Shown in pieces: positions 30,940-41,319 of a stretch of DNA of 64,000 nt. The translations under genes and the position numbers were made by a program. The stretch comes from Cyanobacteria bacterium P01_F01_bin.150 (GTDB lineage Bacteria; Cyanobacteriota; Cyanobacteriia; CAKZMO01): assembly GCA_039189765.1 (NCBI GenBank), contig JBCCYL010000023.1, positions 14,915 to 78,914 on the forward strand. Reading direction: 5' to 3'. A model generated the notes under the pieces. It was given only the letters and a program-made list of their open reading frames with translations. It made no database searches and was not told where the DNA came from. Position 1 is the stretch's first letter. Each line of letters opens with the position of its first letter.

Positions 30940-32397
30940 TTACAGATGGACAGAAGAACCGACATGGGAGGACATGCCACTGGCAGGCATGTCCCTCGCT
31001 TCAGACATCGGGACCGGTATCGTAGAAGCAATAGGATGATTAGTCCCATTACTCTGTGTGAGTGTTTTGAGCGGAGAAATAAGTGAAGATGCGATTTGAA
31101 CGGCTTCACTCAATAGCTCTGGCACAGTCTCTAGACAATTAGGCGAGTATTCATTGGATAAGCGAAAGGACGATGATAAAGGGGGCTGTCGAGGGCTGGC
31201 TGATTGACTATCCGCATGGGTGGGATAGTTGGCCAGTGCCTCTAGGACCGGAGCAAGGCGTTTACGGGCATAGCTGCCGTAGGCGACACCCGCCAGTGGG
31301 GGTCGAGGTAATAGATCTAGGCGTCGTAGGGTGGGAACGGTATGATCATTGGTTCCTCCTGCTAACTGAACAAACCCTGGGAGATGAGCTGCGATCGCCT
31401 TTTGGGCGAGCTGAACCGTCGCCCGAGTAGCACTTTTACCAATATCCCCACTCATAGGCCGACCGTCGGTTTGCCATAGTAAGGCTCCCGGTAAGGGCTG
31501 TCGCCCACCGTCCGTCATGATGTGGTGGAGCGATCGCAAATAACCTATGTAAGGATCATTATCACTGTAACTATCCGGACTTGCACTATCCCCTTGGGCC
31601 TTGGGCACATCTGGGCAACTAATTGCCACCAACTTTAGGTGGTCAATATGGGGCCGGAGTTGACGCCAAAGGGTCCGGAATTGCTCAGTTCGGCCTACCT
31701 GTGTATGGATCTCAATAGCATCCACCTGAGGCAGCAGCGTTGGTGCAATCACAGCCGGTGACACCATGTAAGACTGGGCCTCAATATGTTGAATTGGGCA
31801 CACCGGCATACAGCGACCACAGCCGTAGCAACGCTCGCGAAGGACGCCCACCGGCAATGAAGCGGCACCTAAGTCTGATGCCTGTGCTCCTGACTCCAAT
31901 ATTGATGGTAAAGAGCCTGCCACTGATGACCCTGGTGACCAATCGGAGGGAAAGACAATGGCATCAGCAGGGCAAATGCGCTCACATGGACGGCGGCAAT
32001 CCGGAGGGCATCGTTCCGGATCAAAAGCTGCTTTACGGAAGTGAGGATCTTCACCATCGTTGAGGCTCACCATCAACCAAGGGGATTGAATGGTTATATC
32101 CGAACTAAACTCAGGAGCAGAAGAATCTTGTTCAAACGGGCCGTAAATCCAGGAGCCAAGCAGATGACTAACGGATTGCTCCCTGACTAGAGCCTTCATT
32201 GCTCGAATTCCTTCACGAGCAGACGCGACAACGGCAGGGTCGGCAGCGACGTCGATACAGTCAGCGCCCGCCAAAGCGTAAGCCAATGTTAAATTTCTAA
32301 CGTCGGGTAGATGCTGAAAGCTTGCACCACAGATTAGCTTAAACCAACAGCTATCCTGCAACGATTGTAGAGGATGAGAATATAGCAAATTAATCAC
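30940..32397 (-). CDS. ldpA: Circadian input Fe-S protein LdpA
   Basis: WFKLICGAS, DPHFRKA, CPPDCRRPCERICP and CYGCGRCMPVCP clusters, QTDGRPMSGDIG; start tentative (GTG 32397). Confidence 0.93.
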   Translation of the reverse strand: MINLLYSHPLQSLQDSCWFKLICGASFQHLPDVRNLTLAYALAGADCIDVAADPAVVASAREGIRAMKALVREQSVSHLLGSWIYGPFEQDSSAPEFSSDITIQSPWLMVSLNDGEDPHFRKAAFDPERCPPDCRRPCERICPADAIVFPSDWSPGSSVAGSLPSILESGAQASDLGAASLPVGVLRERCYGCGRCMPVCPIQHIEAQSYMVSPAVIAPTLLPQVDAIEIHTQVGRTEQFRTLWRQLRPHIDHLKLVAISCPDVPKAQGDSASPDSYSDNDPYIGYLRSLHHIMTDGGRQPLPGALLWQTDGRPMSGDIGKSATRATVQLAQKAIAAHLPGFVQLAGGTNDHTVPTLRRLDLLPRPPLAGVAYGSYARKRLAPVLEALANYPTHADSQSASPRQPPLSSSFRLSNEYSPNCLETVPELLSEAVQIASSLISPLKTLTQSNGTNHPIASTIPVPMSEARDMPASGMSSHVGSSVHL

Positions 32398-32536
32398 CCT
32401 TAGCGGGTAATCACGACTCAGAACACCCATTGGGATGCCCCTTATGGTCAGTGTACTACGATCTCCAAAAGTTCTGCACGGAGGGCTTAGCATTTCGTCA
32501 AGCGTTTACCCTGGCCGTATTCCAGAATACACCGAA

Positions 32537-34927
32537 CTATTGGGCCATCCGTCGACCAATGGCTGTTGCCCAGCGATCGCCCATCGTCTCTACTCCCACA
32601 TTAACCAGCTCTACTCCATCACTGGTTTTAATGCTGAATGATTGAGTGTCTCCAACCATCCCCAGGCTTTCCCAATGTTCCTTCAGATTTTGGCTTAGAT
32701 AGGTTTCCCAATCAGCAACATGCTCAGGAGCAACCGAGACGATAATTCTCGCCCCGCCTTCACCAAAGAGGACACGGTCCCAGCGTTGAGAAGCAGTGGA
32801 GGCGATCGCCAGCTTAATTTCAGCACCTTTGCGTTCACCGGAACCCAAACTAGCAATACACGATTCAGCCAGAGCAACGGCCAGCCCCCCCTCTGAGCTA
32901 TCATGGGCCGACCGAATCCAGCCATTGGCAATACCCTCTCGGCAAGCAGTTTGCACCTGTTTTTCCAAATCAACATCCACCGTCGGTGGCTGGCCAGTTA
33001 CCTTATGGTGAACAGTTGCTAGATATTCAGAACCGCCCAGTGTGATTAGCGAATCGACGGTTCCACCATCACCGACCGTCCATCCAGACCCTGCTCCCAA
33101 TAGATAAATGATGTCTCCAGTTTGGTGCCAACTTTGGCCACAGGATTGACGTACATCGGTTAACAAACCCACCATTCCGACAACCGGGGTGGGATAAATT
33201 GGCTGAGGATTGCCATCAGAATCGAGCGTTTCGTTATACAACGAAACATTCCCCCCCGTAACGGGAGTGGAAAAGACCTCGCAGGCTTCAGCTAATCCTT
33301 TACAAGCATTAGCCAACTGCCAGTAGCCGATGGGCTTTTCAGGACTGCCAAAGTTAAGATTGTCCGTGACCGCCAAAGGCTCAGCCCCCACACAGCTCAG
33401 GTTACGAGCCGCTTCTGCCACCGCCATTTTTGCCCCCTCATAGGGATTTAAATAGACATAGCGAGGATTACAGTCCAGCGTCGAGGCAATACCGCGTACA
33501 CAGTCTTGAGGGTTAGCCGCAGGGGTAATGGATTGGGGCCGAATGCGGACAACAGCCGCATCAGCCCCTCCCGGAAAACACACCGTGTTGTTTTGAACCT
33601 GATGGTCATATTGGCGATAGACCCACTGCTTAGAAGCAACCGTTGGGCTATCCAGAATAGTTAACAATACCTCAGACCAAGATCTATTTTGACCATCAAC
33701 TTGAATCCCCTGCACCGTCGCATCTGGCAGCTGATCATCGGTCCATTTCCATGCCGATTGAGCGTAGGCAGGCGGTTCCGCCATAAGCTCATGGTGATAA
33801 ATTGGCGTATTATCAGCCAAGGCTGTTGCCGGAATTTCAGCCGCCACCTCATCTTCAAATAAAATACGCACAACTGGCTCTTCAATCACCGTTCCAGCCA
33901 CCACAGCATGGAGTTCCCAACGATGAAAAATATCAATTAGCTCCTGTTCACGGCCTTTTTCCGCCACAAACAACATACGTTCCTGGGACTCGGACAACAG
34001 ATATTCGTACGGCACCATGCCCGTTTCTCGATTTGGAATCAAATCAAGGTCCAGTTCAATCCCCAAATTTCCCTTTTGGGCCATTTCGGCGGTGGAGCAG
34101 GTAATTCCAGCCGCCCCCATGTCTTGAGCGGCTACCACCGCTCCGGTCTTGAAAGCTTCCAAACAAGCTTCAATCAAGGATTTCTCTAAAAACGGATCGC
34201 CTACCTGCACCGCTGGCCGATCATCCATCGATTCATCAGTCAACTCTGCACTAGCAAAGCTGGCTCCACCCATACCGTCTCTACCGGTGGTCGAACCGAC
34301 ATACAGAACTGGATTGCCCACTCCCGACGCTCCAGCCTTAACAATTTCATCCGTTTCCATCACACCAATAGCCATGGCATTTACCAATGGATTGCCGCTA
34401 TAGGCTGGGTCAAAAAACACTTCTCCTCCCACTGTTGGGACTCCTACGCAGTTTCCATAATGGGAGATACCTGCGACCACACCACTAAATAAACGACGAG
34501 TGTTGGCATCATCTAAAGATCCAAAGCGCAGGGAGTTTAGAACAGCAATTGGCCTAGCCCCCATGGTGAAGATGTCACGGAGAATGCCGCCTACGCCAGT
34601 GGCAGCTCCCTGAAACGGCTCCACTGCGGAGGGATGGTTGTGGGATTCAACCTTAAAGGCAATCCGATAGCCATCACCAGCATCAATTACCCCAGCATTT
34701 TCTCCGGGACCAACCAGAATGCGATCGCCCTCAGTGGGAAATTGACTCAGCAAAGGCCGAGAATTTTTATAGCAGCAGTGCTCAGACCACATCACTCCAA
34801 ACATACCCAATTCGGCCTTGTTCGGATGGCGCCCTAACCGCTGAACAATATCTTCGTACTCAACGGGCTTAATGCCTTCGGATGCAATTTCTTCAGGAGA
34901 GAACGGTGCAGTAGCGAGTGCAGACAT
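32537..34927 (-). CDS. purL: Phosphoribosylformylglycinamidine synthase subunit PurL
   Basis: [40 protein letters not shown]; likely start ATG 34927. Confidence 0.97.
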   Translation of the reverse strand: MSALATAPFSPEEIASEGIKPVEYEDIVQRLGRHPNKAELGMFGVMWSEHCCYKNSRPLLSQFPTEGDRILVGPGENAGVIDAGDGYRIAFKVESHNHPSAVEPFQGAATGVGGILRDIFTMGARPIAVLNSLRFGSLDDANTRRLFSGVVAGISHYGNCVGVPTVGGEVFFDPAYSGNPLVNAMAIGVMETDEIVKAGASGVGNPVLYVGSTTGRDGMGGASFASAELTDESMDDRPAVQVGDPFLEKSLIEACLEAFKTGAVVAAQDMGAAGITCSTAEMAQKGNLGIELDLDLIPNRETGMVPYEYLLSESQERMLFVAEKGREQELIDIFHRWELHAVVAGTVIEEPVVRILFEDEVAAEIPATALADNTPIYHHELMAEPPAYAQSAWKWTDDQLPDATVQGIQVDGQNRSWSEVLLTILDSPTVASKQWVYRQYDHQVQNNTVCFPGGADAAVVRIRPQSITPAANPQDCVRGIASTLDCNPRYVYLNPYEGAKMAVAEAARNLSCVGAEPLAVTDNLNFGSPEKPIGYWQLANACKGLAEACEVFSTPVTGGNVSLYNETLDSDGNPQPIYPTPVVGMVGLLTDVRQSCGQSWHQTGDIIYLLGAGSGWTVGDGGTVDSLITLGGSEYLATVHHKVTGQPPTVDVDLEKQVQTACREGIANGWIRSAHDSSEGGLAVALAESCIASLGSGERKGAEIKLAIASTASQRWDRVLFGEGGARIIVSVAPEHVADWETYLSQNLKEHWESLGMVGDTQSFSIKTSDGVELVNVGVETMGDRWATAIGRRMAQ

Positions 34928-35054
34928 ATCAAACCTCTGGAACCCTGGGTGATAAGCAAACAAGGTTCCATTTTATAGGAAACATGACAAGAACCTGACC
35001 ACAACATAGAACATATCTATTGCGTAAGCCTTCTTCATAATCACTCACTCTTTA

Positions 35055-35135
35055 GGGGTTCCAACGTAAAGCGGAACAGGTTGGTGGGAAATGGGGGCAC
35101 GACGCGCCCCCATTTCCCGCCTTAAGTTGATACTC
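35055..35135 (+). repeat. Family 1 element, copy E
   Basis: GGGGTTCCAACGTAAAGCGGAAC ... GGGAAATGGGGG/CCCCCATTTCCC ... CGCCTTAAGTTGATACTC; flanks share CTTTA. Confidence 0.85.
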
Positions 35136-35446
35136 GCCTTTAGCAAGCAAAATTATATCTAGCCATACGCAGTAATAAATATCCAATTTTCCTGACATTT
35201 AATTGCAGAATTGAACAATGAGTAGGAAATGTACATATCTGAAAATACAAGCAAGAGTAGAATGGCATCATCGTTCTGCCTTTGCCCCTCGACTGCTAGC
35301 GCCATAGCAACAGTCTCTTGTCAACGCTGTGGCGAATCTATCCATCAAGAGGTATTATGTTTTATTAACGTTTGTGAAGTTAAAGTCTACAATATGCAAT
35401 TGCTAGTGGACTAGTCGGTGTATCAATTTATCTGACCTTTTATTTC

Positions 35447-36619
35447 TTGGAAATTAATAGTTTGATAGTCAAGTTTACTCGCAATGCTAAGCATCCATTT
35501 CTTCTATGGAGCAGTCTTGTAATCAGTACTGCTGTAAGTGTCTGTTTAATAGCTCCAGCCCAGGCTCAGAGAGCATCCTGGAGAATAGCTCAAGGCACAT
35601 TGGAAACGACGCAGGCCGCACAGAGTAGCGAAGGGCAGATTAATGAGCAGATTAACGATTTGTTGCGCCAAGCTCGTGAACTAGCAGATTCTCAGCAATT
35701 TGCGCAAGCACTGGAACTCTATGAGCGTGCTTCTATTTTGGAGCCTGATAATGCCCGTATTTTTTCAGGTATTGGGTATTTACAGACTCGGCAAGATAAT
35801 CATCTTGCCGCGATTGCAGCCTACCAGAGAGCGATCGCCATTGAACCTGATGACGTGCATTTTTTGTATGCTCTAGCTCATAGTCTTGCCTGGGCTGGAG
35901 ATGACGCCGAGGCAGCCCAATCTTATCAACGAGTGTTAACCCTGGACAATGAAAATGTAAATGCATGGCAGGGGCTTGGCGTTGTGGCCATGCGACTCAA
36001 TGATTTTGACACTGCCATGACAGCCTTTCAAAAAGTGGCAGAGTTACAACCAGACAATGTAGATGTTCAAGAGTTTATTGCAGCACTTCTAATTAAGCAA
36101 GAGCTTTATGAAGATGCCATTAACATCCTAAAGCAAGCAGAGTCTGTCGTTCCCCGTCGAGGCAGCATTCATCTGAACCTTGGAGTGGCTTGGGTCAACT
36201 TAAATGATATTGACGCTGGATTAGAGGCATTCCAGCGAGCAGCGGAAGTTTCTCCTTTAGATCCACGCCCTCACTTACAAATCGGGGACATTTTGCGTGC
36301 TCAAGATGACTTGGCAGGAGCAGTTCGTTCTTACCAAAGAGCAGCAGCCTTAGATCCAACATCCATTGAGGCTCAAGCATTGGTCGGAGACGTTTACTTC
36401 CAAAAAGAAGATTATTTAAGAGCAGTCGTTGCCTATCGTGAAGTTATTACTCTAAACCCCAATGAACCAGAGGCTTATTATCAGCTAGGGCGAGCACTCC
36501 AAAAGCGCGATCGCACGGATGAAGCAATGGAGGCATATAGTCGTGCCCGTCAACTTTTTGAGCAGCAGGGCAAACAAGATGGCGTCGAAAGAGTTGAGGA
36601 CCGACTCGCAGATTTTTAA
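35447..36619 (+). CDS. Exported tetratricopeptide-repeat protein
   Basis: Signal peptide (..APAQA), multiple 34-aa TPR units (A..Y.RA..L.P). Confidence 0.88.
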   Translation: MEINSLIVKFTRNAKHPFLLWSSLVISTAVSVCLIAPAQAQRASWRIAQGTLETTQAAQSSEGQINEQINDLLRQARELADSQQFAQALELYERASILEPDNARIFSGIGYLQTRQDNHLAAIAAYQRAIAIEPDDVHFLYALAHSLAWAGDDAEAAQSYQRVLTLDNENVNAWQGLGVVAMRLNDFDTAMTAFQKVAELQPDNVDVQEFIAALLIKQELYEDAINILKQAESVVPRRGSIHLNLGVAWVNLNDIDAGLEAFQRAAEVSPLDPRPHLQIGDILRAQDDLAGAVRSYQRAAALDPTSIEAQALVGDVYFQKEDYLRAVVAYREVITLNPNEPEAYYQLGRALQKRDRTDEAMEAYSRARQLFEQQGKQDGVERVEDRLADF

Positions 36620-36850
36620 CTTTTGTTGCGAATCATAACATCATGTGGCAACTCTAGACAATTCTTATATGCTCTGAGCCAATTTGCTTGGTATCCTTTA
36701 CAGGCGCATGGATCGTTATCTGCTTGCAAAGTGAATCACAATCCTGCGAGAGGAGTTCTGATTTCCGATATTACTTTGCGGCAGAAATGCGACATGTGAT
36801 TGACAGGCTTATAGTCTGCATCGTATGCGAACATATAGGGCAAGCAAGCA

Positions 36851-37930
36851 ATGGTAGATTCTCTCAAAAAACCAGCAGAATTTGATGAGATGCGTCCTGG
36901 AGTGAAGGCTCCAGCGAAGGAAACAATTCTTACGCCTCGTTTTTACACAACTGACTTTGAAGAAATGGCCGCAATGGACGTCTCTATCAATGAGGACGAA
37001 CTGCGTGCGATTTTGGCAGAGTTTAAGGTTGACTACAATAGACACCACTTTGTTCGAGACGAAGAGTTCAATCAATCCTGGGACCACATTGATGGTGAAA
37101 CTCGCAGGCTATTTATTGAGTTTCTGGAGCGATCCTGTACGGCTGAATTTTCAGGATTCTTGCTCTACAAGGAGCTGTCTCGTCGTCTCAAGAAAACAAA
37201 TCCTCTGTTGGCAGAGGGCTTTAAGCTGATGTCTCGTGATGAGGCTCGTCACGCTGGATTCTTAAACAAGGCTCTTGCTGACTTTAATCTAACCTTGGAT
37301 TTGAGCTTCTTAACAAAGAACCGTAGCTATACCTTCTTTAAGCCCAAGTTCATCTTCTATGCCACGTTTTTGTCGGAAAGAATTGGCTACTGGCGCTATA
37401 TCACTATCTATCGTCACCTAGAGGCAAGCCCTGAGAACCGGGTTTATCCTATCTTCCGCTTCTTTGAAAACTGGTGTCAGGATGAGAACCGTCATGGTGA
37501 CTTTTTTGATGCGGTAATGCGTGCCCGTCCTGATATCTTGAACGACTGGAGAGCACGCCTATGGTGTCGGTTCTTCCTACTGTCGGTATTTGCCACGATG
37601 TACTTGAACGATATTCAGCGTTCAGGATTCTACGAGGCTCTGGGTATCGATGCCCGTGAGTACGATATGTTTGTAATCGAGAAAACAAACATAACTGCAG
37701 GGCGAGTATTTCCCGTCATTCTAGATGTTAACCATCCTCAGTTTTACGCTCGTCTAGATACCTGTACGGAAAATAATAGTCGTTTGGCTGAGATTGCTGA
37801 GTCAGATGGGTGGAAACCTGTGAAGTTCCTCAGAAAACTGCCACTTTATCTGTCTAATGCTTGGCAGCTAATAATGCTCTATTTCATCAAGCCTCTTGAT
37901 CCAACAAAGCTTGAAGGAGAAGTGCACTAA
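36851..37930 (+). CDS. acsF: Mg-protoporphyrin IX monomethyl ester oxidative cyclase
   Basis: [41 protein letters not shown] di-iron motifs. Confidence 0.97.
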   Translation: MVDSLKKPAEFDEMRPGVKAPAKETILTPRFYTTDFEEMAAMDVSINEDELRAILAEFKVDYNRHHFVRDEEFNQSWDHIDGETRRLFIEFLERSCTAEFSGFLLYKELSRRLKKTNPLLAEGFKLMSRDEARHAGFLNKALADFNLTLDLSFLTKNRSYTFFKPKFIFYATFLSERIGYWRYITIYRHLEASPENRVYPIFRFFENWCQDENRHGDFFDAVMRARPDILNDWRARLWCRFFLLSVFATMYLNDIQRSGFYEALGIDAREYDMFVIEKTNITAGRVFPVILDVNHPQFYARLDTCTENNSRLAEIAESDGWKPVKFLRKLPLYLSNAWQLIMLYFIKPLDPTKLEGEVH

Positions 37931-38000
37931 ACAAGTACGTTTCTAGGAGATTAAATAGCGGAGTAATATTACCCCGTTATTTCATTCCATCTTGCTTAGG

Positions 38001-38082
38001 ATAGAAGCCAAGGTAAGGAGAAACAAGTTTGCGGGGAATAGGACGCACATTGCCCTCCATTTCCGGCCTTAGTTTGACGTCC
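38001..38082 (+). repeat. Family 1 element, degenerate copy J
   Basis: ...GGTAAGGAGAAAC...GGGGAATAGG...CCATTTCCGGCCTTAGTTTGACGTCC; boundaries approximate. Confidence 0.45.
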
Positions 38083-38377
38083 CCCTTCTTAGTCATAGAG
38101 CACAGGCAATGTATGGATTGTGCCAAATTTATTTCTCCATGGCGCATGTTATCATCTTTAGAAAAGATAAAATCCTCTGGAAAGCTTTAGGGTCCAGGGG
38201 ATTTTATGTGAGATGGGTTCAATACAGAGCAGTACTAGCGATTATTAAGCCGGTTAAAATTCCTCAATAAAGGGGTTTGGTTCTAGGGTGAAATTAAGCA
38301 TAGACGGTAATCGAAGCTCAATAGCCCTTACCCCAGCGTTCAACTTTGATATTAATGTACGACAAGGAGCAAATAAT

Positions 38378-38704
38378 ATGGATGGAATTGGAGTATGGGT
38401 GGCGATCGCCTACGGAGTCCTTGCCGCCGTTGGAGGCGTAGTCGGCTATCGTAAAGTCAAAAGTAAAATGTCGTTGATTTCTGGATTAGTCAGCGGTATT
38501 TTACTGATTGTTAGTGGAGCGATCGCTCAAAGTGGCATCATGTTGGGCTACTGGTCTGCTATAGTCGTGACGTCGCTTCTATTAGTCGTATTTTCCATGC
38601 GTCTGATCAAGACTAAGAAATTTATGCCTGCGGGGGTAATGCTGATTGCGGGCATTGTTACCCTTGCAACCTTTGGCTGGGATAAGCTATCGGCAATCAG
38701 CTAA
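38378..38704 (+). CDS. TMEM14/FAX family membrane protein
   Basis: AYGVL..VGG..GY.K.KS.MSLISG, R..KTKKFMPAG; ATG 38378 after AAGGAG. Confidence 0.88.
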   Translation: MDGIGVWVAIAYGVLAAVGGVVGYRKVKSKMSLISGLVSGILLIVSGAIAQSGIMLGYWSAIVVTSLLLVVFSMRLIKTKKFMPAGVMLIAGIVTLATFGWDKLSAIS

Positions 38705-38727
38705 GCCTAAGCCCTTGCAAAAGAATT

Positions 38728-38772
38728 AAACAGGCGGTGTGGATGAGAGCCATTCACACTGCCTGTTTTTTT
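38728..38772. terminator. Intrinsic terminator
   Basis: AAACAGGCGGTGTGGATG / CATTCACACTGCCTGTTT stem plus T-run. Confidence 0.75.
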
Positions 38773-39041
38773 ACATTTAGCTTTACGTAAAAACTGCGCT
38801 TACATAGATTGCTATACACATCGATCCGGAATCTTAAGCTCTTCCCCTGAAGCATATCGTGGAATGAATTGGCAAGATGAACATAGTACAAACAAATACA
38901 AGCGTGAAGATAATTCTATAAATGGACAGATGTGTCCATAAGAAGTGCCAATTTCAATACAGACAATGGAACGTGGAGGCGGGCTTCGCCCATCTCCACG
39001 TTCCAAAATCAAACCGGATCACTATACATGAGGTAAATAAT

Positions 39042-39281
39042 ATGTCTGCCCCTTTTTCACCTCTGCAACGATTTGCGATTGGTGCTGGATTAAGTAGCGT
39101 CATGGTTCTGTTCTTTTTCTTGACTTCCATGTATGCGACTCACAAGTCTTTAGGAGATATGGGAAGTGTTCAAGTGGGCGTGGCGATCGCCCTCCCTCTT
39201 TTCTGTGGAGTTATTGCAGCCATCAAAAACGACAAGTTTCTTGAGCGTTTGGCTAACGTCTTAGAAAACTTACACCTATAG
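39042..39281 (+). CDS. Small hypothetical membrane protein (2 TM)
   Basis: GAGG RBS before ATG 39042; two hydrophobic segments. Confidence 0.6.
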   Translation: MSAPFSPLQRFAIGAGLSSVMVLFFFLTSMYATHKSLGDMGSVQVGVAIALPLFCGVIAAIKNDKFLERLANVLENLHL

Positions 39282-39289
39282 CGGATAGC

Positions 39290-39368
39290 TGTAGACACTT
39301 TTATTAAGATGAGACGTTTCTGTGGGGGATTGAAGCCTCCACAGAAAGACGCCCTAACCAATGTGACC
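39290..39368. repeat. Hairpin element flanked by ATAGCT direct repeats
   Basis: TTTCTGTGGGGG/CCTCCACAGAAA stem; ATAGCT at 39284-39289 and 39369-39374. Confidence 0.45.
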
Positions 39369-39385
39369 ATAGCTATTTCAACCGG

Positions 39386-39465
39386 AGAGTTTCGCGTTAA
39401 AACGAAACCAAATGAACGGTCTTGTGCGACCTTCGCACTCTACGATTGGCCTAAAGTTGATCCCC
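39386..39465 (+). repeat. Family 1 element, copy G
   Basis: AGAGTTTCGCGTTAAAACGAAAC ... GGCCTAAAGTTGATCCCC; flanks share TTCAAC. Confidence 0.75.
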
Positions 39466-39544
39466 CTTCAACATGGTAGATTAAAACCCTAATGACATAA
39501 TAAAGAGGATACCCATTATTTAATCATTAGGACATCCTTCTCCC

Positions 39545-40219
39545 GTGACAAACTTGCCGACAAACCCCTCTACTCTCCTTCGTCCGGGGCAACGGACAAA
39601 GTTAGACGAATCAGACGATACTCTGTTCTATGACTATCCTCGGTTTGTTACCCATGTTGATGATGGATTTATTCAACAATTGACCGCGCTGTATCGCGAT
39701 CGCCTCCAACCTCAATTTCATATTTTAGATATGATGAGTAGCTGGGTCTCACACTTGCCTGACGATGTAGAGTTTGATTCTGTGATTGGTCACGGTTTAA
39801 ATGAAGAAGAATTAGCTCGTAACCCCAAATTCGATCGTTACGTCGTTCAAAACCTAAACCAGAGTCAAACCCTACCCTTTGGGGATCAACAATTTGATGC
39901 GGTACTCAACGCCGTGTCTGTTCAATACCTCCAGCAGCCTGAGGCAATTTTCGCTGAGATTTATCGAGTCCTAAAGCCAAATGGAATTTCGATTATCAGC
40001 TTTTCCAATCGGATGTTTTATCAGAAGGCAATCCAGGCATGGCGAGACGGTTCTGAACGCCAGCGGGTAGGATTGGTCAAAAAATATTTCCAGTCTGTTA
40101 AAGGCTTTACGGAGCCTGAGATCCTTGCCAAAACGTCATCAGTTCCTATCATTTTACAAATGATAGGGATGGGGGGAGGTGATCCATTCTATGCAGTAGT
40201 GGCCCGTAAAGGCTCCTAG
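39545..40219 (+). CDS. Class I SAM-dependent methyltransferase
   Basis: PRFVTHVD, ILDMMSSWVSHLP, FDAVLNAVSVQYL, SFSNRMF. Confidence 0.9.
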   Translation: MTNLPTNPSTLLRPGQRTKLDESDDTLFYDYPRFVTHVDDGFIQQLTALYRDRLQPQFHILDMMSSWVSHLPDDVEFDSVIGHGLNEEELARNPKFDRYVVQNLNQSQTLPFGDQQFDAVLNAVSVQYLQQPEAIFAEIYRVLKPNGISIISFSNRMFYQKAIQAWRDGSERQRVGLVKKYFQSVKGFTEPEILAKTSSVPIILQMIGMGGGDPFYAVVARKGS

Positions 40220-40293
40220 AAGATGATAGTTATGATGACACATCATCTAATCCCCTATTTCAAGAGGCAGAGCAGATATTTGTACTGAGAACC

Positions 40294-40605
40294 CTACAGA
40301 TACGCCTGGATGTCTTCACCACAGGTATCAGCCAAATAACATAGGGCGCGGAAGCGAAGACCTACAAGCTGATCATACAAAGGATTCAATTTGCAGAGGG
40401 GTGGAATATAGAACAGAGTACGTCCCATAACGTTAACGTCTCGCTCAAAAGGACACTGGGAAGGGATCAGGCGAGCAAAACGATGGGCAGCCCTAGGGTC
40501 TTGAATCTCAATACTGTCGATCCAATTGCGGATAGGAGCCAAGGGGTCAAAGATTTTTTTCCAGGGAATCAATGCAGACTGCGATCTGACTATTGAAGAG
40601 CGCAT
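40294..40605 (-). CDS. Mo-dependent nitrogenase C-terminal domain-containing protein
   Basis: LIPSQCPFERD...IPPLCKLNPLYDQLVGLRFRAL.YLAD.CGED. Confidence 0.9.
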   Translation of the reverse strand: MRSSIVRSQSALIPWKKIFDPLAPIRNWIDSIEIQDPRAAHRFARLIPSQCPFERDVNVMGRTLFYIPPLCKLNPLYDQLVGLRFRALCYLADTCGEDIQAYL

Positions 40606-41137
40606 AACTTCAGTAACCTCGATACGTTGTATGTTGAAGAGAAATGTACGTTCCTATATTGAAGATACAAACAGAACATGCCTATTTCTTGAAGGAATTT
40701 GAAAATCTCACCAGTCTTTTCTAAAGCTCAGATAAATTATTCAAACCTCATAAATGCACCAAGCCTATTACCCTCAAGATACACTCCTAAAGCTATTAGG
40801 AACCCGCGATATTTACGGATGTATTTAACCTAAGTTTGCCCGCTATGTCAGCTAGGGTAAACCTTAGCATCCTGTACACAATCCTATATTGACGGATCTA
40901 TCGCTTTCTGAAGATAAGACTGGCTGATTATCGACTTGCGATCACATTTGCCAGAAAAAATACGCATTAGTTACTTAAAAAGATAAGGGTATTTTTTGTA
41001 TCAAAGACAACATTTTTCAAACCAATATTGGCTCAAGTCCGTCTCTTCTTCGGACATAAAGCACAATCTTCCCGTCTTACATTATATTTAAGTCCATTTT
41101 TTATTCTGTCATCTGTTTGACAAAATGAGCCTAAGTC

Positions 41138-41217
41138 CGGATTTCATTTTAAGGCGAAATAAAATTAACGGTAGTGGGGCGCGATGTGCCCCCACTACCC
41201 ACCGAAAGTAGATATCC
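41138..41217 (+). repeat. Family 1 element, copy F
   Basis: CGGATTTCATTTTAAGGCGAAAT ... GGTAGTGGGG/CCCCACTACC ... CACCGAAAGTAGATATCC; flanks CTAAGTC/CTAAATT. Confidence 0.85.
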
Positions 41218-41250
41218 CTAAATTCTAAAAATCTTTGGAAAAGGGGTTTC

Positions 41251-41284
41251 AAATAAAAACCGCAGAGGAATTTCCCTCTGCGGC
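41251..41284 (-). terminator. Intrinsic terminator of ileS
   Basis: Minus strand CCGCAGAGG-GAAATT-CCTCTGCGG followed by TTTTTATTT. Confidence 0.8.
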
Positions 41285-41319
41285 CTGCTCAAACATAACA
41301 CTAAAGTTGCCAGAAGCGA

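Noticed and set aside
40294..40605. Evidence of nitrogen fixation
   Set aside because: The domain name is misleading; no nif genes are in the window and the family also occurs in non-diazotrophs
40997..41012. NtcA-like site TGTATCAAAGACAACA (also GTATCAAAAAACAC at 61181)
   Set aside because: Mismatch to GTA-N8-TAC and no clearly positioned -10; too weak to call
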